A stretch of 64,000 nucleotides of DNA from Bacillota bacterium (GTDB lineage: Bacteria > Bacillota_I > Bacilli_A > RF39 > UBA660): the NCBI GenBank assembly GCA_015059335.1, contig SVAP01000001.1, positions 66,244-130,243 of the forward strand, in the 5' to 3' direction. This document shows positions 1-8,911 of this stretch, piece by piece (the stretch's first letter is position 1; every line of letters begins with the position of its first letter). Both the position numbers and the translations under genes were made by a program. The notes under the pieces are model-generated. The model did no database searches and was not told where the DNA came from. It saw only the letters and a list, made by a program, of their open reading frames with translations.

Positions 1-24
1 TACTAAATGTAAGGAGGTAGAAAA

Positions 25-270
25 ATGAAAGTCAATTATACAGAAGTATCTGAGTATTTGAAACTTGAAAGGTTTAAAAAGAAAGTGTCACAAGACAAAA
101 TTGCCGAATTTATTGGAATTTCTGGCAATACCTATAGAAGTTATGAAAATAATCCGGAAACAATAACATTGGATGTCGGAGTGAAAATTAGTGAATTTCT
201 CGATTGTAATATCTTTCAATTTTTTTTGGACTCTATGTTGCAAAACGCAACAAAAGAAAAACAAGAATAG
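25..270 (+). CDS. XRE-family helix-turn-helix transcriptional regulator (Cro/CI-like)
   Basis: 81-aa ORF; SD aaggaggt upstream; segment QDKIAEFIGISGNTYRSYENN matches HTH_3 recognition helix pattern; first gene of rightward phage-like operon. Confidence 0.6.
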   Translation: MKVNYTEVSEYLKLERFKKKVSQDKIAEFIGISGNTYRSYENNPETITLDVGVKISEFLDCNIFQFFLDSMLQNATKEKQE

Positions 271-281
271 GAGAATAAACA

Positions 282-479
282 ATGATATCTAATTATTTAA
301 AAGAATACTTTAAAGAAAATAAAATATCTCAATATGAGATAGAAAGAAAAACTGGAATAAAACAATGCAAAATAAATTTAAGTTTTAACAACAAAAGAAA
401 ACTAACAGCAGATGAGTTAATTACAATTTCAATTGCATTTAATATAGATTTAGAGAAAATAAAAAAAGAAATCAAGTAA
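282..479 (+). CDS. small XRE-like HTH DNA-binding protein
   Basis: 65-aa ORF; SD aggagaa; ISQYEIERKTGIKQCKIN HTH-like segment; tandem with preceding regulator. Confidence 0.5.
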   Translation: MISNYLKEYFKENKISQYEIERKTGIKQCKINLSFNNKRKLTADELITISIAFNIDLEKIKKEIK

Positions 480-777
480 GGTCGCCAAACTCACACTTGA
501 TTCCACTAACTATCACTTTTTAAAGTTATTTTTATCTCCAACAATAACAAAAACATTTACTGTCAAGAGACTACTAAAAAGTGACTTTAAAAATTTTGTT
601 ACTATTTTCTTTCATCCTTCCTTTTTGAAGAAAGAAAGAATTGATTTTATGGCAGCAACAAAATGCCCCATACAGGGCAATTAAAGTATATCAAATAATA
701 ATTAGAAAATCAAACTAATTTATAAAATAGTACAAGCAATAAAAAAATATAATTAACCAGAAAAGAGTGATGAAAAA

Positions 778-894
778 ATGGCTGAATTAACAGAACAACA
801 TGTAGAAGTGTTTTGTAAGAAACTAATAGAAATATTAGAAAACAAATTTAATGTCAACATTGAGTACGAACTTAAAGATAAGGAAGAAAAATAA
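778..894 (+). CDS. small hypothetical protein (38 aa)
   Basis: ATG with SD aaagagtga 8 nt upstream; below ORF-track threshold; acidic C-terminus. Confidence 0.25.
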   Translation: MAELTEQHVEVFCKKLIEILENKFNVNIEYELKDKEEK

Positions 895-932
895 TCTTCC
901 AAAATATGGACAAGTTGAAAGGAGTTACAATT

Positions 933-1190
933 ATGATCAATAGAAAAAATAAAAAAAAGAAAGCTCTAAATCACTACATTAAAAAGCTCTCTTTGAAAAA
1001 AATTTCTCTTATATTTTACACAATAATATCAATAAAGTCAATATTAATGCATAATATTGTGAATTTAAGTGATTTGTTAATTGAATTATCAGTGTATTTA
1101 TGTATTGGATGTGGACTATATATAAGTATTAAAAATGTATCAATTAAACAAATACGAGAAGATTTCAAATTATTATTTGGAAATGATTAG
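933..1190 (+). CDS. hypothetical membrane protein
   Basis: internal ATG of track ORF 906..1190 preceded by SD aaaggag; two hydrophobic helices. Confidence 0.4.
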   Translation: MINRKNKKKKALNHYIKKLSLKKISLIFYTIISIKSILMHNIVNLSDLLIELSVYLCIGCGLYISIKNVSIKQIREDFKLLFGND

Positions 1191-1202
1191 GGGGTAAAAA
1201 TT

Positions 1203-1820
1203 ATGAATAAACCAAATTTTTATTCAATATTACCTGCAATAATCAGATATGATAAGGATTTAACAGATAAGTCAAAATTAATTTTCAGTGAAATAACATC
1301 TCTATGTAATGCAAATGGTGAATGTTATGCACAAAATAGTTATTTTGAAGAGTTATACAATTTAAGTGAATCAACAATTACTAGAATAATCCGACAACTC
1401 AAAAAAAAGGGGTATATTGATATTAAATATGTGTATAAAAATGAAACAAAAGAAATCGAAAAAAGAGTGATAACTTTACCTACAAACTCTCATGAAGAGG
1501 TGGTGTCAAAAATGACGGTAGGTGGTGTCAAAAATGACCAGGATAATAATATAAAGAAATATAATATACCTAAAGGTATATTATACAAAGAAAGTTCAAA
1601 ATATCCGTCTTTAGATGAAATTAAGAATTATGCTAAAAAAAGAGAAATGAAATATGTGGACTGTGAATACTTTTACAATTACTTTAACGATAGTAATTGG
1701 ATTGATAGTAAGGGACGTAAAGTACGCAGTTGGAAACAGAAAATGTTAACTTGGGAAAAGCATGAAAAAGAAAAAAGAGGAAAAGAGGAAGAAGAAAATG
1801 GAAAATACACTAGAATCTGA
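1203..1820 (+). CDS. phage replisome organizer / DnaD-like replication initiation protein
   Basis: N-terminal winged-helix region (TSLCNANGECYAQNSYFEELYNLSESTITRIIRQLKKKGYI) typical of the replisome-organizer N-terminal domain; carries an internal iteron pair; immediately upstream of DnaB-type helicase. Confidence 0.6.
   Translation: MNKPNFYSILPAIIRYDKDLTDKSKLIFSEITSLCNANGECYAQNSYFEELYNLSESTITRIIRQLKKKGYIDIKYVYKNETKEIEKRVITLPTNSHEEVVSKMTVGGVKNDQDNNIKKYNIPKGILYKESSKYPSLDEIKNYAKKREMKYVDCEYFYNYFNDSNWIDSKGRKVRSWKQKMLTWEKHEKEKRGKEEEENGKYTRI
1499..1538. repeat. two perfect 18-bp direct repeats GGTGGTGTCAAAAATGAC separated by 4 bp (22-bp period), inside the replisome organizer gene
   Basis: seen directly; iteron-like arrangement encoding duplicated peptide VVSKMTVGGVKNDQ. 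Confidence 0.55.
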
Positions 1821-2994
1821 TTTTTTATCCTTGCTAATTAATTATCCTGAGTATTTTGAAAGAACCATCATTACTTCAGAATATTTAAATGGTGCTAATA
1901 AGATTTTATTTGAAATACTCCAAAGAGAATATTCAGAAAGAAAAGTTTTGATTATTGAAAACATGGCTAAGCATAAAGATTTTGATATTGCATATTATTG
2001 TGCACTTTTATCAACAAACATCTATAGTAGTTCAAAAGAAATTCATTTTAATGAGTTTCAAAAACTAATCATTGAAAAGTACAAAGATACACAAACTAAG
2101 GAATTAATAAATAAATATGTTAGTGAAACAATTAGTTATAAGAATTTCTATGATGGATTAACAAAATTGGATAAACTCGGTTATCAAGAGACTTCTTATA
2201 TTACTGCTAAAGACATGTATGAAAACATTTTTAACAAAGATAAAAAGATTAATTTTAGATTTGAATGTTTAACAAAATCTTTAAATCTAGTACAAAATGA
2301 TTTATTAGTTATTGCGGGGAAAACTGGAAGTGGTAAAACCGCTTTTGCATTAAATCTGTTAGAAGATTTATCTAAAACTTATCCATGTATCTATTTTAAT
2401 TTAGAAATGAGTAAAAAGTTATTATATAAACGTTTGGTATCCTTAAGAACAAAAATAGAAATGTCTAAATTAAACAATTACGAAACATTAAGTATTGGTG
2501 AAAAGGAAAGAATTAAAGGGACTTTATTAGAATACGAAAAAAGAAACATAGCATTAGAAAATCAAAGTCAAGAAATTAATAGAATACGAAGTTATATTGC
2601 TAATTTTAAAAGTGATAAACATTTTATCGTAATAATTGATCATATTGGTTTAATATCAAACAAAGGAAATAGCAGTTATGAAAAAATGACCGAAATAGCG
2701 AAAGAATTAAGAAGATTATCATTAGATTATAATTGTACAATAATTGCATTGTGTCAGTTATCAAGAGAAGCTGCAAAAGAAAACCAACCAAAATTATCTC
2801 ATTTAAGGGATAGTGGAGAAATAGAACAATCTGCTAGAAAGGTTATATTACTAAATCCAAAAGATAATTCAAATTCTAGAAACAGTAATATTGATGTATA
2901 TATTGCTAAAAATGATGATGGAATATTAACAGTAAAAGAGTTTGTTTTTGATAAGCATTGTCAACATTTTAAAGAATCGGAGGCTAGTAAATGA
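1798..2994 (+). CDS. DnaB-family replicative DNA helicase
   Basis: Walker A GKTGSGKTAFALN; DnaB C-terminal signature LSHLRDSGEIEQSARKVILL (compare LSDLRESGSIEQDAD); start chosen at internal ATG 1798 with SD aggaaga; overlaps previous gene. Confidence 0.85.
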   Translation: MENTLESDFLSLLINYPEYFERTIITSEYLNGANKILFEILQREYSERKVLIIENMAKHKDFDIAYYCALLSTNIYSSSKEIHFNEFQKLIIEKYKDTQTKELINKYVSETISYKNFYDGLTKLDKLGYQETSYITAKDMYENIFNKDKKINFRFECLTKSLNLVQNDLLVIAGKTGSGKTAFALNLLEDLSKTYPCIYFNLEMSKKLLYKRLVSLRTKIEMSKLNNYETLSIGEKERIKGTLLEYEKRNIALENQSQEINRIRSYIANFKSDKHFIVIIDHIGLISNKGNSSYEKMTEIAKELRRLSLDYNCTIIALCQLSREAAKENQPKLSHLRDSGEIEQSARKVILLNPKDNSNSRNSNIDVYIAKNDDGILTVKEFVFDKHCQHFKESEASK

Positions 2995-3146
2995 TATCTG
3001 ATGAAAGATTAGAAATAATATTTTATATTATGAATAAAAAAAATATATCAATTGAATTAATTAAATCATTATTTGAAGTTGATAACTTAAAAGAAATAAG
3101 TAAGGGACAAGCAGTTGCATTGGAAAAACTTTTAGTAATTTTATGA
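2991..3146 (+). CDS. small coupled ORF (51 aa) of unknown function
   Basis: ATGA overlap with the DnaB stop and ATGA overlap with the recombinase start; coupled on both sides. Confidence 0.4.
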   Translation: MISDERLEIIFYIMNKKNISIELIKSLFEVDNLKEISKGQAVALEKLLVIL

Positions 3147-3781
3147 GAAATTATTATCCCAGAAAATATAAAAGACCATCTAGTAAAAATGCAACTCTTC
3201 CACTTAAAAATCGAAATGATATAAATATAATTTTAAACTATTGGCTTCAAAAAAGAGAACATTCTAAATCTGAAGTAAAAAGATTCCAAGCACACAGAAA
3301 TTATATGATTTGTTTATTAGGATTTAATACTGCATTTAGATGTGAAGATTTAGTACAACTTTATGGTAAAGATGTATCAAAAGGGTTTATAAATATTATT
3401 GAATTTAAGACAGGCAAATCACAGGTCTTTAAATTAAATAAAAAATTATATATAGAAATTATTGATTATATAACAGAATATAACATAAAAGATTATGATT
3501 ATTTATTTCCAATAAAACCACATGGTACAAAACCAATTACAAGACAGAGAGTGGATGATATTTTAAAAGAAATGTCAAAAGATATAAAACTTAATAGACC
3601 ATTCTCTGCACATAGTATGAGAAAAACATTTGCGTATCATAAATACGTTGAAACTGGTGATATTTATAAGGTCCAAAGAATGTTAAATCACCGTGATCCA
3701 TCAACAACTTTACTTTATATATGTTGGGATTCTACTGGCTCTGAAATCGAACGAGAACAGACTTATTTTGGACTAATCTAG
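3143..3781 (+). CDS. tyrosine recombinase/integrase, catalytic domain only (212 aa)
   Basis: motifs of the phage integrase family: AFRCEDLVQL (Arg I region), HSMRKTFAYH (H-x-x-R), LLYI (catalytic Tyr region); no N-terminal core-binding domain; translationally coupled to replication genes. Confidence 0.75.
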   Translation: MRNYYPRKYKRPSSKNATLPLKNRNDINIILNYWLQKREHSKSEVKRFQAHRNYMICLLGFNTAFRCEDLVQLYGKDVSKGFINIIEFKTGKSQVFKLNKKLYIEIIDYITEYNIKDYDYLFPIKPHGTKPITRQRVDDILKEMSKDIKLNRPFSAHSMRKTFAYHKYVETGDIYKVQRMLNHRDPSTTLLYICWDSTGSEIEREQTYFGLI

Positions 3782-3824
3782 TGATTAATTTGTTTAAAAA
3801 AGTGTTAGAAATCATTAGGAAAGA

Positions 3825-4010
3825 AAAAAGTTCGCAACTTTTTTAAAAACAAGATATCAAAAAACTGTATTTTCCCTATATAAAACAAAGGAAAACAACG
3901 ATATATAAAAAAGTTTACAGAATTGTAGAAGATGTCAACTTTTTTGATTAAAAATAAACAAGATGCTAACACGAATTAAAAAAACATTTTGGACCTCGCA
4001 ACTTTTTTTA
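3825..4010. repeat. palindrome AAAAAGTTCGCAACTTTTT plus repeated (T/G)CGCAACTTTTTT / GTCAACTTTTTT motifs in the 245-bp non-coding region downstream of the recombinase
   Basis: seen directly at about 3825-3843, 3934-3945, 3996-4009. Confidence 0.45.
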
Positions 4011-4026
4011 AAAGGAGATTAAATTT

Positions 4027-4635
4027 ATGGATGAAAAATACCAAAAATGTCCTCATTGTGATAGTACAAGAAGAATTTATTTAAATAACAAAATCTACTG
4101 TAGAAAATGTTATTCAAAATTACCGAAAGGATTTGATAATATGTTCAATAAATGTGAGCATTTAAAAATAAGAACAAAAAAAGGAAAAAAATATCTTTAT
4201 TGTAGTTTGCAAAAGAAGATATTAGAAAAAGGGGATTGTTATGGTTGTGAAAATAAAAAGTTTAAAAAATATAAACATTTAAAAAAACAAAGCTCAAACC
4301 AAAGAAGAAAAGAATCAAAAAGATTTAGCGTATTTACAAACGATATGGAAATATGTATTGAATGTGGAAATCCAAAAGAGGACAAGCATGAATGCATAGG
4401 TGGTAGTAATAGAAGTAATTCAATCAAATATGGATTAGTGGTACCTTTCTGTAGAAGATGTCATAATAATCCAAAAATAAGAAAAAAATGGCTTTTAAAT
4501 GCACAGGATAAATTCATTGAATTACATGGATATAATCTATTTATAAAAATATTTAAAATGGATTTCAAGAAAAAACAGGAGAGATTACTATATGGAAATA
4601 TTTACAATAGCACTCTTAATAACAATAATAGTTAG
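4027..4635 (+). CDS. cysteine-rich zinc-ribbon protein (possible NinG/Rap-like recombination-associated protein)
   Basis: multiple CxxC pairs (CPHCDS, CRKCYS, CYGCEN, CIECGN, CRRCHN); basic; SD aaaggaga. Confidence 0.45.
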   Translation: MDEKYQKCPHCDSTRRIYLNNKIYCRKCYSKLPKGFDNMFNKCEHLKIRTKKGKKYLYCSLQKKILEKGDCYGCENKKFKKYKHLKKQSSNQRRKESKRFSVFTNDMEICIECGNPKEDKHECIGGSNRSNSIKYGLVVPFCRRCHNNPKIRKKWLLNAQDKFIELHGYNLFIKIFKMDFKKKQERLLYGNIYNSTLNNNNS

Positions 4636-4798
4636 AATGTATGATGTTATAAAAGAGAAAAATGAAGAAATAAAGACATTAAAAATATCAAATGCTAGTT
4701 TAACAAATCTAGCAGTAGCAGAGGGATTAATACCACAAAAGTTTAGGGTAGATAATCCAGATGTGAAAATGAAAATAGGAGGAATTGAAAATGATTGA
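4592..4798 (+). CDS. small hypothetical membrane protein
   Basis: 68 aa, N-terminal TM helix; overlaps end of previous gene. Confidence 0.3.
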   Translation: MEIFTIALLITIIVRMYDVIKEKNEEIKTLKISNASLTNLAVAEGLIPQKFRVDNPDVKMKIGGIEND

Positions 4799-5039
4799 AC
4801 CAACAAAAGAAGAAATAGAAGTTTTAGAAAAATTAATTAGTGTAAGAAAACAATTTAGAAAAGAACTAATTAAACTGATTAATAAATACAGTCTAGAAAA
4901 TGATACTAATACACCAGATTATATTATAGCTGACTGTATGATAAGTAGCTATTTAACAATGAACGAAATAAATTTCAAAAGGGATGAATGGTATGGTGTA
5001 CATTTAGAACCTGGAAATAAATATTTTAAAGAAAAATAA
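4785..5039 (+). CDS. hypothetical protein
   Basis: 84 aa; SD ggagga; ATGA-type overlap with the previous ORF. Confidence 0.45.
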   Translation: MKMIEPTKEEIEVLEKLISVRKQFRKELIKLINKYSLENDTNTPDYIIADCMISSYLTMNEINFKRDEWYGVHLEPGNKYFKEK

Positions 5040-5107
5040 GTGACTAGAAACGATAAATAAAAAAACTACAATAGCTAAGTTCCATTAGCTTACACTCCAA
5101 CTATATA

Positions 5108-5150
5108 TTTAAATGCAGCAAGTTTTAAGTAGTTTTCTTGCTTTTTATTT
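5108..5150 (+). terminator. putative rho-independent terminator
   Basis: GCAAG...CTTGC stem followed by TTTTTATTTT. Confidence 0.35.
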
Positions 5151-5161
5151 TAGGAGAAAAC

Positions 5162-5371
5162 ATGGAAAAAGAATTACTAAAGATAATGGGGGATTTTGAG
5201 TTTGAAAATAAAACAATAGCAATTAGAAAAATGATTAAAACAGCATTACCATTTAAAAAGGTATATTTAACTATTCAATTAGTTAAATTAAAAAGATTAT
5301 ATGAAGAGGTGGAAAATGAAAGAAAAAATATATATGATTGTGGATTCAAAGGGCAAACCAATGAAAAATAG
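5162..5371 (+). CDS. hypothetical protein
   Basis: internal ATG with SD taggagaaaa; overlaps the next ORF so only one may be real. Confidence 0.35.
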   Translation: MEKELLKIMGDFEFENKTIAIRKMIKTALPFKKVYLTIQLVKLKRLYEEVENERKNIYDCGFKGQTNEK

Positions 5372-5507
5372 TCAAGGAAGATTAAGACTATATAGAAGCT
5401 TAGAACAATTAAAAGATTACAGTTATCTATTTGAAGAAGAATATGTAAAAGTATATGAATTAAAAGAAACTATAAGAGTAAAGGAATTAGAAAATAGACA
5501 AATATGA
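5316..5507 (+). CDS. hypothetical protein
   Basis: ATG preceded by gaggtgg. Confidence 0.35.
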   Translation: MKEKIYMIVDSKGKPMKNSQGRLRLYRSLEQLKDYSYLFEEEYVKVYELKETIRVKELENRQI

Positions 5508-5683
5508 TAGATGAAATATTAAAAGATATTAAAGCAAAAAGAAAAAGGATTATGGAAACTAAAGAAACATTAAACGATCCATCAGAGGGATATTTAAGAC
5601 AATATAAAGGACAAATATTTGAACTTAATTATGTTATAGAGTTAATAGAAAAAACTAAATTGAAATATAAGAAAGAGGGTTAG
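5504..5683 (+). CDS. hypothetical protein (59 aa)
   Basis: ATGA overlap with previous stop; below track threshold. Confidence 0.3.
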   Translation: MIDEILKDIKAKRKRIMETKETLNDPSEGYLRQYKGQIFELNYVIELIEKTKLKYKKEG

Positions 5684-5686
5684 AAC

Positions 5687-6004
5687 ATGACTAAAGAAGA
5701 AGATAAAAAATTTAAAGAAATATTTAATAAAGCAACAGATAGATTATTAGATACATTAAATAATAATCCTGATGAACTGTTTGATATTAAAAAACTATCA
5801 AAACAATTAGCAGAAAAATCACAAAAAATATATAACTTAGTAAGAGAAAATAGAAAACTACAATCCAAAATAGAACAACAAGACCAAATAATAAGAGAAG
5901 CAAGGGAATATGCAGAAGAACATAAAACAGACTATATATGCAAAAAAGACAGGTTAATAAGTGCTAAATCATTATTAGAAATATTAGATAGGAATGTGAA
6001 ATAA
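5687..6004 (+). CDS. hypothetical coiled-coil protein
   Basis: 105 aa, K/E/Q-rich heptad character; SD agagggt. Confidence 0.5.
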   Translation: MTKEEDKKFKEIFNKATDRLLDTLNNNPDELFDIKKLSKQLAEKSQKIYNLVRENRKLQSKIEQQDQIIREAREYAEEHKTDYICKKDRLISAKSLLEILDRNVK

Positions 6005-6005
6005 G

Positions 6006-6233
6006 ATGTTAAAGATAAAAGATAATGTAGATTTAAAAGAAATTGATAAATTAATTAAAGGTGGTCATTATGATAAAAGTGTTGACAAATATTATTTGAA
6101 AAAGTTGTGGATAGATAAAGAGGGAATAACAACTGAATATGTAAATGGTTATTTATCTATAACCGACATTGATAAAATGTTAGATATAATATACGACTTA
6201 ATCAAATCTGACTTGGTAGAAAAGATAGATTAG
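6006..6233 (+). CDS. hypothetical protein
   Basis: 75 aa; tightly packed after previous gene. Confidence 0.45.
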   Translation: MLKIKDNVDLKEIDKLIKGGHYDKSVDKYYLKKLWIDKEGITTEYVNGYLSITDIDKMLDIIYDLIKSDLVEKID

Positions 6234-6246
6234 GAAGTGAAATAGA

Positions 6247-6432
6247 ATGAATAAATCATTAAGACAAATCGCAAAAGAATTAAACATAAGTGTTAGTTAT
6301 TTAAGTGATATATTAAATGGTAAAAGAGGTTGTAATGAAGAATTAATGAATAAAATCAAAGAATATTATTCTAACCTAGAATTTTATATTTTTACTAAAC
6401 CTAGATACAAAGTTATTAAAGGAGTGAAATAG
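6247..6432 (+). CDS. small HTH-like DNA-binding protein
   Basis: LRQIAKELNISVSYLSDILNGKRG resembles an HTH. Confidence 0.45.
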   Translation: MNKSLRQIAKELNISVSYLSDILNGKRGCNEELMNKIKEYYSNLEFYIFTKPRYKVIKGVK

Positions 6433-6540
6433 AATGAATGAAAGAATAAAAGAAATAATAGACATCATAGCAACAAATCCTCAAACACCATATTATCCAA
6501 ACATTTGTAATGAATTAAATAGAATACTAGGTGATGAATA

Positions 6541-6780
6541 ATGAATAAGTTAATAGATAATTGTGAAACAGTACAAGAATATTGGTATAAGAGTTGGAGA
6601 AACAAAAGTAAAAAAGTAATTGATTTAAAAAGCAACTGGAATGAATTAAAAAAGTGGTTAAAAGAAATGATAAATGAAATAAAAGAAAATGATATATATG
6701 ATAGAACAGAATATGAATGTACTCAAATTGCAACATTAGAAAGTACATTAGCAAAAGTTGAAGAAATAGAAAGGTTATAG
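6541..6780 (+). CDS. hypothetical protein
   Basis: 79 aa; ATGA overlap with a 35-aa upstream mini-ORF. Confidence 0.45.
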   Translation: MNKLIDNCETVQEYWYKSWRNKSKKVIDLKSNWNELKKWLKEMINEIKENDIYDRTEYECTQIATLESTLAKVEEIERL

Positions 6781-7085
6781 AGATTATGAAAGAATGTGGA
6801 TGGGTTAGAAATGGTGGCACTTGTTTATTAGAACAAGAAAACAACCAATTAAAAGAAGATATAAAAAATTTAATAAAAATAATTAGTAAAAATTGTGATG
6901 AGTTAGAAGCAACAGAAGAAGAATTTGAAAGTTTATATAGGTGGGAAAATGAATAATTTAGAAAGGTTATAGAATATGGAAGAAATATTCAAGATAATCG
7001 CTATACCATTTTTTATTGTATATGGAATTGTAGAAATAGCAATAATTATAAAAATTTGGTTTGGGGATTAGAAAGATTATAGAGT

Positions 7086-7340
7086 ATGAAAGAAGATTTT
7101 TTATATACATATAAAGAAACTCTAATGGCACAAGTAGTAAATAAACGAGATGAAGTTATGTTAAAAGCAATACAAGATTATATAAATGAAAGAAAATTAA
7201 AATATGATGAAAATATAACAGCATTACTAATTGATGAAGAACAATTAAATCATATCTTGAAATTAGGTATTGCAGAATATGAAAGACGAAAAATAGAACT
7301 TAAAACAAATAATTTAGAAATAGAAAGTAGGAATAAGTAA
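7086..7340 (+). CDS. hypothetical protein
   Basis: 84 aa; compact operon. Confidence 0.45.
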   Translation: MKEDFLYTYKETLMAQVVNKRDEVMLKAIQDYINERKLKYDENITALLIDEEQLNHILKLGIAEYERRKIELKTNNLEIESRNK

Positions 7341-7627
7341 TGAAACAAGCAGAAATTAATTGGGAAGAAAAATATAAAAATTTGGAACAAGAATTTTTCA
7401 AAATGCAAAAAGAATATGAAGCAAGATTAAATAGACCAGTAAACGATACATCAGTTGATGTTATTAGAAAATTAGATAGTATTGGTTATTTATTAAAGAA
7501 CTTTATTAAACGTCAAGACTTATTAAAATTTACAGAAAGAGAAGAAAAACTAAAAAGAGAATTAGAAGAAATACATAATCAAAGAATATATATAGATAAT
7601 GATTATAGTAGATATGATGAAAGATAG
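7340..7627 (+). CDS. hypothetical coiled-coil protein
   Basis: 95 aa; ATGA coupling. Confidence 0.45.
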   Translation: MKQAEINWEEKYKNLEQEFFKMQKEYEARLNRPVNDTSVDVIRKLDSIGYLLKNFIKRQDLLKFTEREEKLKRELEEIHNQRIYIDNDYSRYDER

Positions 7628-7876
7628 GTGTTGTTAATGAATAAATACATAATACCCCTAATACTAACATTCTTTTGTACAATATATCTAACATATTTAA
7701 TAACATATACAGTAGTAACAAATAACTATGAATATCAAATAAATGAATATGAGGGCATGAAAAGAACATACAAAGAAGAAATATACAAAAGAGATGATGT
7801 AATAGGTCAAATGGAACAAGAGATATATGAATTAAGGTTTAATTTGGAATCATGTGAGAGTTGGCAAAACAAATGA
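7628..7876 (+). CDS. hypothetical membrane protein
   Basis: N-terminal TM helix. Confidence 0.4.
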   Translation: MLLMNKYIIPLILTFFCTIYLTYLITYTVVTNNYEYQINEYEGMKRTYKEEIYKRDDVIGQMEQEIYELRFNLESCESWQNK

Positions 7877-8064
7877 AATATAAAGTAATAGAAGAATATG
7901 ATAGATTTTATTTAACAGTACATCCAAAAGGTTATAAAGAAAATTTTCCAAAATACAAATATCAACCTGATGAAAATGGTTATATCACAGTTAAATCAGA
8001 AACAAATTATTTTGGTGGTAAAGCATTACCATCAGGCAAAGTAAATAGATCATTTATTAAATAA
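7873..8064 (+). CDS. hypothetical protein
   Basis: start ambiguous (7861 or 7873). Confidence 0.35.
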   Translation: MKYKVIEEYDRFYLTVHPKGYKENFPKYKYQPDENGYITVKSETNYFGGKALPSGKVNRSFIK

Positions 8065-8098
8065 ATTAAAGGGTAGTGGTTGAATTAGAAAGGGTTGT

Positions 8099-8536
8099 AT
8101 GAAATTAATAGATGAAGTTAAATCAAAATTATACAAATCATTATTAGAGAAAAAGAAAAAAATAAAAAGTTTAGAAAAAGATATAGATAAGTATGAAATT
8201 CTAGCAACAAGTGATGATATAACATTCGATTATAAAGTAATGAATCCAGATGAAAACTGGTGGATTAAAGCACCATATCCTTGTAATAGAGATTTAAAAT
8301 CAGAATATTATGAGGAAATTGTCAAAAAACTAAAAGATGATTTAAAAACTAGTGAACATAATTTTAAGAAATTAAAAGAAAAATTAAAAATAGAAACAGA
8401 TATATATGACAGGATATTTTATTACAAATATTTAGAAGAATTAGACTATAAGGAAGTATTACAAAAGACACCATATAGTGAGTCTAGATTTAATGTTTAT
8501 TATAGGATTATAAGAGAATCATTAAAAAAGGAGTAA
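8099..8536 (+). CDS. putative late-gene transcriptional regulator (ArpU/sigma-70 region-4-like C-terminus)
   Basis: 145 aa; C-terminal YKEVLQKTPYSESRFNVYYRIIRESLKK resembles a sigma region-4 HTH; positioned just upstream of the packaging module. Confidence 0.35.
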   Translation: MKLIDEVKSKLYKSLLEKKKKIKSLEKDIDKYEILATSDDITFDYKVMNPDENWWIKAPYPCNRDLKSEYYEEIVKKLKDDLKTSEHNFKKLKEKLKIETDIYDRIFYYKYLEELDYKEVLQKTPYSESRFNVYYRIIRESLKKE

Positions 8537-8560
8537 AAAAGGAGTAAAAGAGGAGTAAAC
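8527..8560. repeat. three tandem copies of about 11 bp AAGGAGTAAA(A) overlapping the stop of the preceding gene
   Basis: seen directly: aaaaaggagtaaaaaaggagtaaaagaggagtaaac. Confidence 0.6.
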
Positions 8561-8624
8561 TTGACTTATAATATTATAATAGGGTGAAACCCTAGAGAAC
8601 TAAGGACACTTAGTTCACCCCCTG

Positions 8625-8650
8625 AAGAGATAGTGATATCTCTTTTTGTT
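8625..8650 (+). terminator. rho-independent terminator
   Basis: AGAGATA-gtga-TATCTCT hairpin followed by TTTTTGTT. Confidence 0.5.
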
Positions 8651-8654
8651 ATGT

Positions 8655-8805
8655 AGACAGTATCCTGAAAACAATAACAAAGAATAATAGAGGTATTATT
8701 CTGGTTATAAAAAGTTTACCGACTTATCTTGATACTAATTAGGTGATTTATCACATCAGCTGACTAGTTAGTTATAGATACCAATTGTTTTCGGAATACT
8801 GTCTA
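8655..8805. repeat. about 22-bp imperfect inverted repeats (GACAGTATCCTGAAAACAAT ... ATTGTTTTCGGAATACTGTC) flanking about 110 bp, upstream of terS
   Basis: seen directly; candidate pac/cos or late-promoter element. Confidence 0.5.
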
Positions 8806-8911
8806 TATGATTTTTATGTGGTGATGATATTGAGAAAAATTGATGATTCATTTTGTATGAGACAACCTACTTGTAGAGGTTGTATTCTATCAAAAAAGTG
8901 TGGTGAAATTA

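Noticed and set aside
88-282. Many minus-strand ORFs nested inside plus-strand genes (for example 88-282, 4239-4427, 4588-4806, 5680-5868, 6527-6844, 7530-7769, 9121-9563, 11809-12031, 12796-13017, 13394-13576, 14263-14697, 17174-17724, 18125-18704, 19396-19905, 21061-22020, 23488-23700, 25742-25930, 29402-29650, 30280-30669, 32097-32354, 32992-33222, 37271-37459, 43338-43832, 51607-51792, 53835-54032, 56314-56508, 56917-57117)
   Set aside because: They are shadow ORFs with F/L/I/S-rich low-complexity translations of AT-rich antisense sequence. They have no SD and overlap well-supported genes.
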